Both the position numbers and the translations under genes were made by a program. Below, one piece after another: positions 32,842 to 48,827 of a stretch of DNA of 64,000 nucleotides (the stretch's first letter is position 1; every line of letters starts with the position of its first letter). The stretch lies in the NCBI RefSeq assembly GCF_009914755.1, contig NC_060938.1; one strand, given 5' to 3'. Below the pieces are notes generated by a model that was not told the origin of the DNA, made no database searches, and was given only the letters and a program-made list of their open reading frames with translations. The stretch is from the human T2T-CHM13v2.0 reference genome, Homo sapiens.

Positions 32842-34699
32842 TAAATCTTATTTTCAACAACCAGAAGAGCCTTTGGGTTTTTGCTACTTTTGTTTGTTTG
32901 CTTTTACATTCTAGTGTAATCCTTTAGGTGGTGGGAAATGGGAAACGTAGGCAATTAAGTGGTCATGTGTTTTACATGACCCCCCAAATCTTCATTGACT
33001 GCTTATGGTCACTGACCACTACATGACGGGTTCGTCCACCCTGCAAAAATGCTGACATGCCCTTGGTGCAGCTGCGTCCAACAGCTCTGTCTACAACAGG
33101 AATGCGCCCTCGGAAACTCCCCCTCCAGTATGAGCTACTTGGCTCTCTTTTCCTCTCAGTCATGCTCTGGACATCTTTATATTGTTGAGTTTCAACAGCT
33201 TAGGGGAGTTTGCTCCCTGATGTTTCTAGGATTCAGGCATCCTTTATCAGCCAGAGTTCCCAAAGTGGAAGGAGAAGGGATTCCTGGGAAATTCTAAGGT
33301 AGAAGGTGAATTGGAAAGATTGATGCTACAGGGAGACTCTGCTACTACAAACCATGTGTCCCCCTCCACCCCCCCGTAAGCGAGAAGCAGAGAGTGTATG
33401 GTGCTCAGGCAAGAACTTCATGCTTCTCTGAATGGTTGGCAATTCCTAAAATAAATGTTTTGTTCTTTCTAGCAAACAACTGCTTTTATTGGACTTTACT
33501 CCCAGGTGAGCTTATGGTCCCTGGATAATAACCTTTAAAAAAAAAAAAAAAACAGCCTCAAAAATGTGATCCCTGGATGACCAGTGTCCAGGAATCTGTG
33601 TAGCAACAGGGACACCATTTCAGAAAGCCCTAGGCAGAGAGGAGACCGTTTATCTTGATGCACTTCAATGAAAATCATCATGCTTTATATTGCCATGAAA
33701 TAACAATCGGAGCTGGGGGAAGGCACACAATTTCCCCTGCCCAGTTGTCCAAAATGGCAGCCCTGCAGAAACCAATTATGCTAATAATATTTTCATACTA
33801 AAAAGGAACTGTGCCATTGCTGGAGATTTCGTTTGGAACGGATGTTGTTTTTTTCCATTGGGGAAAATTTAAATGCAATTTTGTTATTTTCCTTTCCTCA
33901 AAAATGGATCTCAAATGGCAATAAGCCCCAGTTACAAGAATCTTCTAGTGAATTTTGAAGGCTAAAGTGTAGGTAACAGTGCTTGCCCCAAGCTGCTTTC
34001 AGCTTCTGGCAGGTTAGCACGAGTGCCCGGAATTCACCTGCCCACCTTGTTCTGCTCTGGACTCATCAAGCTCCTTAGTCATTTTCAGTCTGTATCCAAA
34101 CTTGCAAATCAAATGTAGTCTTCCGTCTCTCAGGATCACAACTCACACACAAACTTCCAGTGGAATTGTCCGAGCTGAGGCTGGTTCTGGCTCATGCATA
34201 ACCAAGGAGGATGCGTTCTCCCCTAACCAGGCCACAGCACTTTAAAATCAAAACAAACCACCCAAGCCCAACACAAAACAATCTCTGGGCTCTCACCACT
34301 TTCAGCCCACTCTCATCCCCTCAGGAGTGATGCGGTCAAAAGCCCTTCCTTCTTCAGAGTGATTTCTAGTAACCTCCAGAGTCGTTTTTCTAATTAAATA
34401 AACCTCATCTTGTCTAGCTTCCTGGTCAGCATTTTGAACCCCCTACAGATGGGTCTGAAGGATTAACAGCAAATCCTCCTCGACCTAGCTCTGGCAGATG
34501 GGCGGCATGTGTCTGATAAATACTCGGACTGGGCTTGCTTCCTCCTGTTCCTAACAGATAGACAGAACACCCAGCAAATTAATTTTAAAATGGTGCCCCT
34601 CGTAACTCTTAGAATGGCAAAGGAGGCCAAACACAAATGATATGAATTTCATATGTGGAACACATTATCACCTCCCAATAACTGAGAAAAAGGACCTGT

Positions 34700-34925
34700 T
34701 GGGTAAACAGGACCTGCGGGGAGGCTTGGTCAGCAAGCTTGCGCTCAGCCTGGAGAGCGAGCGGTCTACGCATATACTCGCGGAGGCACCTTCCTGCTCC
34801 ACGTCCGTATTTGCATGTGGCCTTTTCCTGCTGTGAAAATGTCTTTTTGCTTTTGCGTTTACTTTGTGGTGATCCAGGAGCCTTTGGAATTTGAGGGTAG
34901 ATATACCCGAAGATAGAACTCGTGT
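34700..34925. promoter_or_regulatory. Small CpG-retaining patch, candidate enhancer or weak promoter
   Basis: 9 CpG in 34717-34807 in non-repeat DNA; forkhead GTAAACA, octamer ATTTGCAT and ETS TTCCTG sites. Confidence 0.4.
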
Positions 34926-34937
34926 GGCTTTCATGTT

Positions 34938-34962
34938 AAAAAAAAAAAAAAAAAAAAAAAAA
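34938..34962 (+). repeat. Orphan poly-A tract (~25 nt)
   Basis: Homopolymer with no adjacent SINE/LINE body. Confidence 0.9.
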
Positions 34963-35775
34963 GACAGCTGAAGAGGAAAGAGCAAAACGTCTTCCCTAAT
35001 TGTTAGAGATTTTTACATTTAAGAATTGATGGCTATCTCAGTCTATTCCAACTTGGAAAGAGAAAAGCAATGCTAAATTCTGGGAGAAGGGAGTAATACA
35101 TGTAACTTCATTTATGAGATGCCCTGCACTCGAGAAAGCATTCTTCCAGCTGCGCCTCACTTTGCAAGCTGCTTGGAATAGCTGGCCAAGCTCAGCTCTG
35201 CCAGTCAGAGGTGTGTGCTCCCTCTCGTTCACTGGCTGTGTAACCCCAGGCCTCTATGACCTCATTTTGTAAAATGCAAGGAATACTATTAAGAGCTGTG
35301 ATTTACACCCCCAGTAACTGGACAAGACAGGTAGAAATGTTATTTTTCTCATTCTACACAAATGAGGGAATGTATTCTTGTTGAGAACATACAGTAGTTG
35401 CTCAGTAAATGCTGAATAAAAGAGTAAAGGATGGAAAGAATGAAACTCAGTCACAGGGATAACCTCCCTAACAACACACAGCTGCTTTCTGGAAGGGACA
35501 GAAGTAGAACCCAGGCTTCTAGATGGTGCATCATTCCTCTACAGAGACAATGTACTTTGCAGCTACAACTTGAATTTCCCCAAGTGAAACAGGTGGCAAC
35601 TTGCTGATAACTACTTCATGGTTGAAGCAGCCTGGCTCACAGACATTGAGGTGACTAGCCAAAGGTAATACAGGAATTCCAAAAACAATTCAAATCAAGA
35701 ATCCAGGTCTCCTGGCTCTAGCTTCTGTGTCACCATAATCTCTGTGACCTTATTAGCTTTATTTTTCTTCATACC

Positions 35776-36345
<570 letters not shown>

Positions 36346-36719
36346 TAAATGGTACTAATACATAGTAGGTGTCCAATAAATATTGTTATGTGTTTTCAAT
36401 GAGTGAAATTTATGACCTCAGAAGAATATTAAAGAACAAACACAATAAAATGGGTTTGAGGTTTAACTCTGGCTCTATGTGTCTATGTGGCTTTTGAACA
36501 AGGCCCCAAATCTCCTGAGCTTCAGTGTCTCCTGGACGAAATGGGCCTAATAGCAATACCAGCTCTGCCTACTAAGGGTATAAGCAAATGTGCTAATGTA
36601 TATCAACATAGATGAAAATGTCTTAGAAATTCTAAACTATCCTCCAAATTGCTATTTGATTTTACTTCAACAATTATAGAACAGTGGCTTTGTTAGAAAT
36701 AAGATAGCAGTAGGGATTA

Positions 36720-37035
<316 letters not shown>

Positions 37036-37914
37036 GAGGAAGCGGTAAAGCTCATATTCAGACATTTTTAAAGGACTGGGGCACACTGTAACTTTTCCTT
37101 GGCTTGTGCTAAAGCCCAATAAGCTAAGGAGGGCATTGTAAAAGGATATTTTACAAGGCTGCGTTTAAAAGGCAAGTTTTTGCAGATTTCTTCATAAGGA
37201 AGGAGGAAGCAGGGAACACTGCTCTTAAATGAACTGTTTCCAGGCCCAGCTGGCTGCCTACCTCTGCCTCTCCAGGAGTCCCAGGGCAGCTCTGGAGCCT
37301 GACCGTCGGAGCAGCTGCGTGGGTCCTGCTCGCTCTCCACGGGCCATCGTACACACTTGAAGCCAAACCACTGCAGGTCCAGGGCTTTCTACCCTCTCCC
37401 AGGGAGTTCCCAGAGCAATTAACAAAACAGAAGGCCTAATTAGGAGCAATTGGGATTCACTGCCGACTTTAAAGTGATCCTGAGACCCTTTTGAAGGAAA
37501 AGTGAGGTCTTTTCCCAGGATCCTCCAAGCAAGAATTTGTCAAAGATTTGTCTAAGGTGGCAGCCTGGCAGCTAATTCTCAAGCCTCTCCCGATGGAATC
37601 TCTACTCTTTGAAGGGTTTTCCTCCATCTAGAAAAATCTAAGTAGCGACGCAAGGAAACATAATTTTGACAACTTGAGGCCTCACCCTTTGCAAATGACT
37701 TTCTTGGCTGTTAATTTGTGTATTTTCTTCAGTCTACAATGAATTTTGCTTTTGACTTTTTTCTCTTTTTCAAGGCCTGACAATTTAGAACATGTAAGTA
37801 GTGTGCCTGTGGCATTCCCTCAGTAACCCTTCAAACAGCATGCAATAGTGATTCCCATGTGCTTTGCACCACCAGAGACACCCAGAAGAGTAAAATCACT
37901 GTAAATGGCCTTCT

Positions 37915-38530
37915 CTGCCTCAACATCACTCATAGGAAGAGAGATGCAAATTAAACCTATATTGTCATACCTGTTTTCACCTGTTAGATTAGCACAGATT
38001 TAAAAACATCTTGCAGTGTGTTGGTGAGACTGTGGATATAGGTACATTGCTGGGGCATTTAAGTTAGGGCAGCCTCTTTGGAAAGCAATTTGTGGATATC
38101 TTTGACCCAGCAATTCCCCTTCTAGGAATTTTTCTTATGGACATACTAGTTTGTGTATGAAATAGCTTCTCCATATCAATAGGAAACTGTTTACAATGCC
38201 TTATCAGTATAGCTGTTAAAAAAAAGGGAGGGGGAAGCTTTATGCATATAATATGGAATGATCTGCCAGTTATAGTTCTAGGTTAGGAAAACAAAGGGCA
38301 AACATTTGTGTGCAATATACTACTATGTTTCTAAAATGGTGTAGGGTGATAGAGTGCAGAAACACAGGCAAGTAAGTTTGAATGCACATAAAATGTCTCT
38401 GCAATGATAACCCAGCAACAGTTGACATTGTTTACCTTTGGTAAAGGGAACTGGTAGTCTGGGAACAAGTACAGAAGGGAGACTTCTTTCTATACCCTTT
38501 CGTTATCTTTTAAGTTTTGCATCCTGGGCA
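37915..38530 (+). mobile_element. L1ME-type 3' fragment
   Basis: CTCAACATCACTCAT...GATGCAAATTAAA, TTTGACCCAGCAATTCCCCTTCTAGGAATT. Confidence 0.8.
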
Positions 38531-38961
38531 ATTAGCTTATGCAAAACAAGCAAGTAAGAAAGTAAAGAAATGTCTTAAATGGTGATTTGTGCATTCTAGA
38601 TGCTATCACTCTAGGCACCAAGATTTGCTTGATCTGCTGGTTGTGAAGCACTGTATTCCCATTTTTCATGATTTTAATGCAAAGAAATGCCATATTGCAC
38701 TTCTGAAGTGGTTTCAGGTCCAGGATTAACACAGGAAAATTGGTTAAATGGTGCCTCTCCAGTAAAACAACATTCTGTCTAATATCCTAATTCTGTAAGA
38801 AAAATAAAAATAAGATTAACAAAGAGATGAATTTAAGGTGCCTGGAATCAGATATACATCTCTAAAACCAGATCCTAATATATGATCTAATAAATGATAA
38901 CCAAATCCCCAAAAAAGTGTATATTTAAAGCAGAAATTAAGTTATTAAGTTTACTTTAGTA

Positions 38962-39239
38962 TCTCTCTCTCTCTCTCTCTTTTTTTTTTTTTTGAGACCA
39001 CCCAGGCAGGCTGGATTGCTGTTGGTGCAATCTCGGCTCACTGCAACCTCCACCTCCTGGGTTTGGGTAGCTGGGATTACAGGTGCTCACCACCACATCT
39101 GGCTAATTTTTGTATTTTTAGTAGAGATGGGGTCTCGCCATGCTAGCCAGGCTGGTCTTGAACTCCTGACCTCAAGTGATCTGCCTGCCTCAGCCTCCCA
39201 AAGTGCTGGGATTACAGGCGTGAGTCACCACACTGGGCT
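38962..39239 (-). mobile_element. AluS with internal deletion and (CT)n tail
   Basis: Antisense Alu lacking the CAAGCGATTCTCCTGCCTCAGCCTCC segment. Confidence 0.9.
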
Positions 39240-39369
39240 GTCGTATTGCTCTCTTCTTTAAAACTCTTTCATGAGTCACTCTTTTTATCTTCTGAATTTT
39301 TTGACCTTTCATTTATATTTTATTAGGTAGCCCCACAGTACATGTTTATATTGAGCACAATTTCTGTGG

Positions 39370-39600
39370 CTAACCTAAACATATGAGGCTTAGAGAGACA
39401 GGCTAGCTTCAGATCCCAAAGCCATATTTTAAGCCATATTTACTAGCTATGTGACATCAAGCAAATTACATAATTTCTCTGAACTACTGTCCCTCACATA
39501 TAAAATGGGATGGTCCTGATACACAGAAGAGTTGTGGGGATGGAGTGAGATCATTCACGCAGAATGCTTGGTGTGGCTGGTGAGTAGCAGCTATCATCTT
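39370..39600 (+). mobile_element. MIR SINE
   Basis: TTACTAGCTATGTGAC...CCTCACATATAAAATGGGAT. Confidence 0.7.
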
Positions 39601-39740
39601 TGTCATTTTAGTTCCTTGGTCAACCTCCTTAACTCAATTATAAGTGATAGTAAAGCTGCCATTTTTTTAACCAGCTCTTTTCTGGCAGCATTAGTGACCT
39701 ACAAATGGTGAGCACTAAATAAAAGCTGGCTAACTCATAG

Positions 39741-40120
<380 letters not shown>

Positions 40121-41099
40121 TAGCCTCATCTTATACAAGGTAAATGGGACCCTAAGAGAGTTAAATAACTTGGATTTTTACTTCTTTCTTTAAAGCATAT
40201 TTCTTTTGTTCTTAGAGAAGTACAAAAGCTAACTGAGTATATTTATTCTTTCACATTGTATTCAAATCCACCCATTACATTTCTCATTACATCTTTTATT
40301 AGGTTCTCTTTGTTTTCATGCTATTTTCTAAGACATGATGAAAAAATACCCTCATTGATTTTTTGAAATGAGACCAGATGATCTCATGGAGGTTCTCAGA
40401 GTTTTGGTGGGGGAGGATGTTAGGGAGTGGGCACAGTCTTTATCTGGCTGTTTGGGACACCAGGTCGCCCCTGAAGCAATGAAGACAGGGTTTTTCCTAT
40501 ATATGGTCTTGGCAGCAAACAACTTTTGAGAGGCCTTCTCACTGATGCCCAATCTACTAGAGTCCCAGGTGAAAGATAGAATGTTCTTGAGAAGCCTGGG
40601 ATGAGAAAAGTCTCTAAGGCCTTCGCCATAGATGCAAACTCATTACTACTGCTGCTATTTTTATGGTTGTTATTATTACATTACCATACTGCATTTTATT
40701 CAAGTCCAATCAGCTCTATTTTACTTAACTTATATCAATTACTCTTTTGTATATTTAGGCCAGAAAAACTGTAAAGAGGGATTTAGGTGAAAAAAACACA
40801 ATAAATTCAGCTCTTTCAAAGGATATCCAAAGCCACATATCACTCTCCTTCCTCATCTTTCACACTCATGCTAACTTTCAGGTGTTCCTAAGGGAAAGGG
40901 ACACTTTTATAAAACAACCTGCACAATTAGTCCTCTGTTAAGCTCTGCAGTATCATCTGTCCCTACCCTGCCACACTCCAACCATACTGAACCACTTCAA
41001 ATCCCCCCGAGCATCATGAAAAGCCAGTCATTAACATGGTGGCTCTGGAATCGAAATTGTTCACATGGTAGCTCTGGATCCCAAAAGTCATTAGCTTTT

Positions 41100-41289
41100 G
41101 TCATTAAATATAGTGGTTCTGGAATTGAACGCCTGGACATGAATCCCAGATCTTCTCACTACTAGCTCAAGGACCGTGGGCAAGTTTCTTAAACTTTCTA
41201 TGGCTTTCTATGGCTCATAGAAGCGTTTCTATGTTATAAACATTGATAAAAATGGGGATTCTGACAGTATATGCATGCTTCATAGAGAG

Positions 41290-41325
<36 letters not shown>

Positions 41326-41380
41326 ACTTAGAGGAGTGCTGTGCAAATAGTAAGTGCTCAATACATATTAGCTGTCATTA
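41100..41380 (+). mobile_element. MIR SINE containing (GT)16
   Basis: GAATCCCAGATCT...CACTACTAGC...GGGCAAGTT...AAAATGGGGAT...TAGTAAGTGCTCAATA; GT repeat at 41292-41323. Confidence 0.8.
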
Positions 41381-42873
41381 CGGTATAAACGCCAAGATTT
41401 TGCCCTTGCTGTTCTATAACTAGCAACACTCCCACTTTCCTTGTGTGCCCCCCACCTTTGACTTTTCCCCATCCTTTAGATCTTGGCTTAAAGGTCAACT
41501 TTCTCTCAACATCCTACTTAACACAGCCAAGACTAGGTGCCCTTCCCTTGGGATGCCCTAGCCCCTTGCCACCCTTAGGTAGAGCATACTACCCTCATTT
41601 ATAAGTATCTGTTTACTTATAAACAGATGGTATCTCCATTATATCACAGGTTTCTTGAGGATAACGATTTAGTGGGTTCATCATTACATTTGTGGCACCT
41701 AGTCAAGTGCTTGGCACACAACAGGTCACCCATATTTGCATAAGATAGAATGTTTAAGAACCTTCTCCCTTGAGGCACGGATCAGCAAATGTCTTTGAAG
41801 CGAGCTTCCTATTAGAAGACCTCTTGACATTCAAAAATGGTGAGCCAATCAGAGATGGACAGCTAGGATAGACCTTGACATGAATTTAAAACTTGAAAAA
41901 AAAGGTGACTGTAGATTGTAGAGATAAACCACTATCGAAATACCCTAGGTAGTAAGTACTTAGTCCTCTGTGTATTTTGGATCCTGCCAGTTGTTATGTT
42001 GACAGATATTCACTAAGTCCCATCCACAGAGGTGAATAAACACATTCATGGAGGTGAAAGGGGGTGGTGCTGTTAGAACCTGATCCTCTGGGCTTCTACA
42101 TGCCAGACTCACCTTCATAACCTTCTCTTACTCCTTGACCATCCTTTAGTCCTTCCTCCCATTAGGAGGAACATAACCTCAGGAAGAGAGGCTTGGCATG
42201 AGCACCCAGTGGGTCTTGCCACAAGTTTCCTCACTGTGGTAAGAACTCAACTTCCCTAACCTAATATTTTGAAAAACTGACAAATAGGCTTCTTATTGGC
42301 TAATAACATAGCAATATGGTTTTGTATCCCCAAGCTTACAAATAGATCTTTAGTAGCCTGATATGTATGTGTGTTTGTGTATTAAAGAAGGTAGATTTCT
42401 AGGCAAATATCAGGACACCAGGTATAATCTTGCCACTGTGTTATTTTCATACTCTCTGGCCTCAGTACCAGGAGTACTAGGATTTCTCCTAAGTTTTTGC
42501 TTTGTTTTCCTCCCTCAATAACATAACCAATTGCCTTTCCCTTTTCAACCCTGCCACTAGAAAATAAACACTACTGCTTTTCTAAGTTAAAACTGCTTTT
42601 TGGAACTGTAAAATATAAATGAATCATAGATACACAGAATTTTAGTCTCTTGTAGATGAGCTAGTCTGCCCCCTTACTTTTCAGCTGAGGAAATTGATCC
42701 AAACCGAGGAAGTGGGAGGCCGCGCACAGCCTGTGGTTTGTGCAGCACCCTCCTTTTTGATGCTCTCTCACTTTCTTACTCTTTAGTTCATTTTGCTCAC
42801 CTATTCTTAATTTATCTTGCTTAAGTAAAACCATATCTTCACTGAAATGTTGGTTTCTTTTCCTTTTGCCCTG

Positions 42874-43186
<313 letters not shown>

Positions 43187-44437
43187 TGCCCTGTTCTTAA
43201 AGTAAGAAACTGATGTCTCTAGGAGCCCTGGTCAACTGGAATTGGGGACTTGGTGCTGCTGGTTTGGTTGAGCTGCCGCTGCTAGGCCATCTGAACCCAC
43301 AGCAAGCTGATGATAGACTGCAGGAAAAGCTCCATTCAGATAGCAAGGGTCCTTCACCAGCCCCATTCCATGACGCACTCAACGACCCTGCCTCCAAGGT
43401 GAGTACACAAAGCTCATTGTTTTCTTTGGGGACCCTTTGCCACAGTTCCCTCTCACTGTGCTTTGAAAATTACCACCAGAGTCTGGTCATTATGGCTTCA
43501 TTAACTATTCCTTGTAATTGCACTCGTCATAATTAATTCATTTGTTATTCACATGGGTGACATACGGACACTTTAATAGATTTTCCTCAGGGAATTTCAC
43601 ATATTAACTGATATTGATGGTGCTTTTAGAAAAGGCTTAAAGGGGAATCCCAATATAAACTATTTTGTGTAAGTAGAGATAAGTTATTTTATTATAAAAA
43701 TGAAGTAAATATTTTTAATCCTTCAATCTTTTCAGATGAAAAAAAGTTGAATAAACTAGCCCTTCCTCCCTCTACCAGATTTTTCTAATCTATAACTTAG
43801 AGTGCCAAAATAAAGTCATTATTATAAAAATAGATGGTGTATTTACACAAATGCATGCCAGAGTATTTAAGTAAATAATATGTGAATTAATTTCCGATTA
43901 AAAATCTTTCCTTTAAGACTTCCTCATTTTTTTTCAGTATCATCTGTATTTTAACATCTTACTGCACAGCTGCATTTCTCATGTTTAATTTATGTTGGAG
44001 TTCTTTTGTGACAAGCCCAACTTATTTTTTAAATGAAATCAATTTATTTTAGGTAAAACATTGATGACCCAAATATTAAAAACCCTCAAATTATGCATAA
44101 TCCCTCCCCTACCCCTGGGCTTCCCCACAAATACACATCTCTGTCCCCGCCTCCCCCTTATTGGTAGAGCTGAATGGGAATTCCACGCTGCTGAATATTT
44201 AACCAAATACTTTAATCATTGGTTATCTGGTAGAAGCATCAAGCCTGTGCTGACAGACACACAATTAAGTGGCAGAACTGAGGTAATTATCTATAAATTC
44301 AGTTTAAAAATGAAACTCAATGGCCAGTTTTGCCTGAAATACCCCAACAGAGAGAGTTCCTTTTGGTTTGCAAAGTGTCCCTTTGGTTTGCATTATTCCC
44401 ATAATTGCCTTAATTCCCACTTGACTCCGTGTGAGTG

Positions 44438-44630
44438 GAATCACAGACACACAGAATTTTAGTCTCTTGGAGATTAGTGAATCCAACCCCCTTATTTTTC
44501 AGATCAGAAAACTGAGACCCACAGAGGTTAAATGACCCGTCCCAGTCATCAGAGGGTGGTAGCAGAGTCCAGTCATGAGCCAGCTCCCAGCTCAATACGA
44601 TGCCACCTTGTCCCGGCTCCATTACCTCTA
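44438..44630 (-). mobile_element. MIR (MIRc/MIR3-type) SINE
   Basis: TCCAACCCCCTTATTTTTCAGATCAGAAAACTGAGACCCACAGAGGTTAAATGAC. Confidence 0.75.
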
Positions 44631-44835
44631 CAGCGAGAAAATGGTGTTGCCAACAAGGTGAAAGCGACAAGTAGTTAGTTATAATTCTAGTAAACTTTAA
44701 ATGAAGACAGCAAAATTCCACTCAAACCAAATGCAACAATTCACCTTGGCTGAATATCAAACAACTTTCTCTATACATTTTCCAGGAACGCTAAAATAAC
44801 TAGCTTTGAAAAATAAATGAGTCTTCACAAAATAA

Positions 44836-45178
<343 letters not shown>

Positions 45179-45369
45179 TGAAAAACCTACAAAAATCTTT
45201 TAAGACCCACAGGGAAACTCAGGTCCAGGATGTTGCACTAGCTGAATATCTGGCTCAATGTGAAGGCACGCCAAGCCAGGTTAACAGTTCAAGGACCTTC
45301 AAGCACAGCCAACATGTTACATCAGACCGTTATGAAAGAGCCCACACTTAGGCCCAAAGTTCTCTATAA

Positions 45370-45772
<403 letters not shown>

Positions 45773-47390
45773 TATATCCTTTGTTTTTGAAACATAAAAG
45801 TTTTTTTTGTTCTTCTGCCAAAAAAGTACTTTCTGTTTTAAAGATAGCTCAGGATACCAAATGCTTAGTTTATCTGCCTTCTCTACCTTAAAGTTGAGCA
45901 CATGATTTTTTCTTGTTTATTGCAGTATTTCTCTGATTTTTCAGAGCCATGGAGCTCACCTGTACGGTGGCTTTTGAGTATAAACTATGCAGGAAAGGTT
46001 GTGGTTGTTCTGCATTCTACTGGCTAGAATGGAGGACCCAGACTAAGGTCAAAATTATTATGTGGAGATTAAACTGTAGAATTTAATTATGTGTTCTGTT
46101 GCTCCTGGTACATTTATTAATTTAGCAGTACAAACTGACTGGAGCTAAACAAGCAGGACTGATTAATTTGCAAAGACATCTAGGTAACAGATTGTGATCA
46201 AAGTGGGGACCTGATCCTGTTAGATTGAAATGTGTTGTTCTGTGCTGCATGAAGGACATGAAGCAGCATGGTTTATCTTTATCAATGCTTTCCTCTGAAG
46301 GAGGGGAACAAGCTTGCAGATACTAATCAGGGCTGAGGCCCTGCCACTCAATAATTACCCACTGTCTCATCATAATCCCGGAACTAAGCCCCTGCCCAAT
46401 CCATCTGGGACCCTTTTCCATCTATTGCACAGCTCAAGAATACGTGTGTAAGCTATTACCTCTGGTTGTGCTATCTGTCCCCTGAGTATAGATTCATGGC
46501 AGTGACCAATTAGGTTGCCGTGTTCTTTTTCCCCCTTTGCTTCCAATTCATCCTGTACTTCTCAGCACTGGTAATGAAGCAGATTCATCGGGGTGCAGAA
46601 ATCCACTCACCTCTAAAAGCTGTCTGGACACAGTCACTGATAAACATCATATGATGCCTAATATTGTAGGATACTTTAAAAAGAAAGGTGGCAAGATCAT
46701 ACCTCTGTATTCTGAGGCTTCTTTAAGCCACTCTCGACCTGCCACTGCCTTCTGCCAGGAACAAATCACACATGGAGGAAAATATTCCTGACCCTAATCC
46801 AGAAATCAAACAGCTGAGAAGTGAAGAGGGCAAATGTGGGGATAATTGAATCCTGCATCCCTGAATGAGAACCCAGTATCATGCCATGGTTATGAGCCCA
46901 GGGTCCTGAAATCCAAGACACGTATGTGGAAACTCAGGTTCTGCTGTTTGCCGGCCAGTCCCTCAACCTCTTAAAGATTCCATTTTTGCCCTCGCTAAAA
47001 CAGCGTCTGCTTCATCAAGTTGCTCTGAAGGTTAACTGAGACATTCCATGTAAAGCACTCAACTTTACAAATGATAAAACCTTGATAAAAGTTAGCTACC
47101 CCTACCATTTTCTGAATTCCTATTGGAGTTACAGCCAAAACCAAAAAAAAGTTAGCTCTTGATCAAATTGTGCTGACCATTATCTACTAATTATTTTGTG
47201 TGTATACAATTCATCTTCCCCAAAAACATATACATTCCTGAAGGGTAAAATTCACATCTTGTTCTTTTGTATTTCCTACAGGTGACCATTTATAAATGCT
47301 TACTCATTCCTGTATTTGAACATAAGAACACAAAATTCTTCATAAACAATTTTGAAGGTGACAGGGACAAGTAGTTAGTTATAATTCTCA

Positions 47391-47694
<304 letters not shown>

Positions 47695-48490
47695 TAGAGG
47701 CAACGATGATGTTAATCAAGTTAGCCAGCAGATTTGCTGTTATTAGTGGCAGAAATTCATAAGGTATGGGTTTCAAGTTACTGTTAGTTGTAGAATCTGC
47801 AGAGGAACTGCATGGGGCCCACTGCATGCTCTTGGTCAAGGCAAAACCTACCTGAAACGGCAGGGGCTGTTTTCAGTGTACACTCTGTCAGGGCACAGGC
47901 CCAGCTCTTAATTAGCCAGGACCCCATTTCAGATCTTTGCTGATACTGACAGGGTTTTAATTAGTTAAATCTACAAGTTGGCTCTTGTTCTCTGGCAGAG
48001 AGGAAAATATGCTAACATGTGAATGTTCCACATTTACACTTCCAAAACACCCCTTCCCCGAGGCTTTGAGGAAGTACCCTGAAGAAGGACCACCCTTTGG
48101 AATTTATACCAGCAGCCCTGACAGCTGTTTTGTATTTATTTCCACGGTTGGGCCATTTCAATTTGGGGCTTTTATTCATTATATAAGCAAATATTTGTTA
48201 AAGGATCAGGCACGGGATGAGGTATGTTTGTCAGGATTGTAATTAAGGTGGTGTGTATACCAGGGTTGCAAGAGGACAGAGATGGGTTGGGTCTTCAACC
48301 CACTGTGGCTGTGTTACTTTGAAAGACTCACAGACCTCTCTGGGCCACATCTGGCCCACATGCCGATGCATGTACAGTCCTCATTCCTACTGTCCTAAAA
48401 GGTAGAGAAGAAATAATTAATTTGGATAAAACATTTTAAGGCCCTAATACATTAGCTTTTGGCAAATTATTTGCCTGCAGTGTATACTAA

Positions 48491-48827
<337 letters not shown>

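Noticed and set aside
34938-34962. Poly-A tract as the tail of a processed pseudogene (also the A-run at ~33537-33552)
   Set aside because: No AATAAA at the expected distance, no TSD and no recognisable retrocopied ORF.
37944-37951. Octamer ATGCAAAT
   Set aside because: Part of the L1 consensus (GAAATGCAAATTAAAAC), so not independent regulatory evidence.
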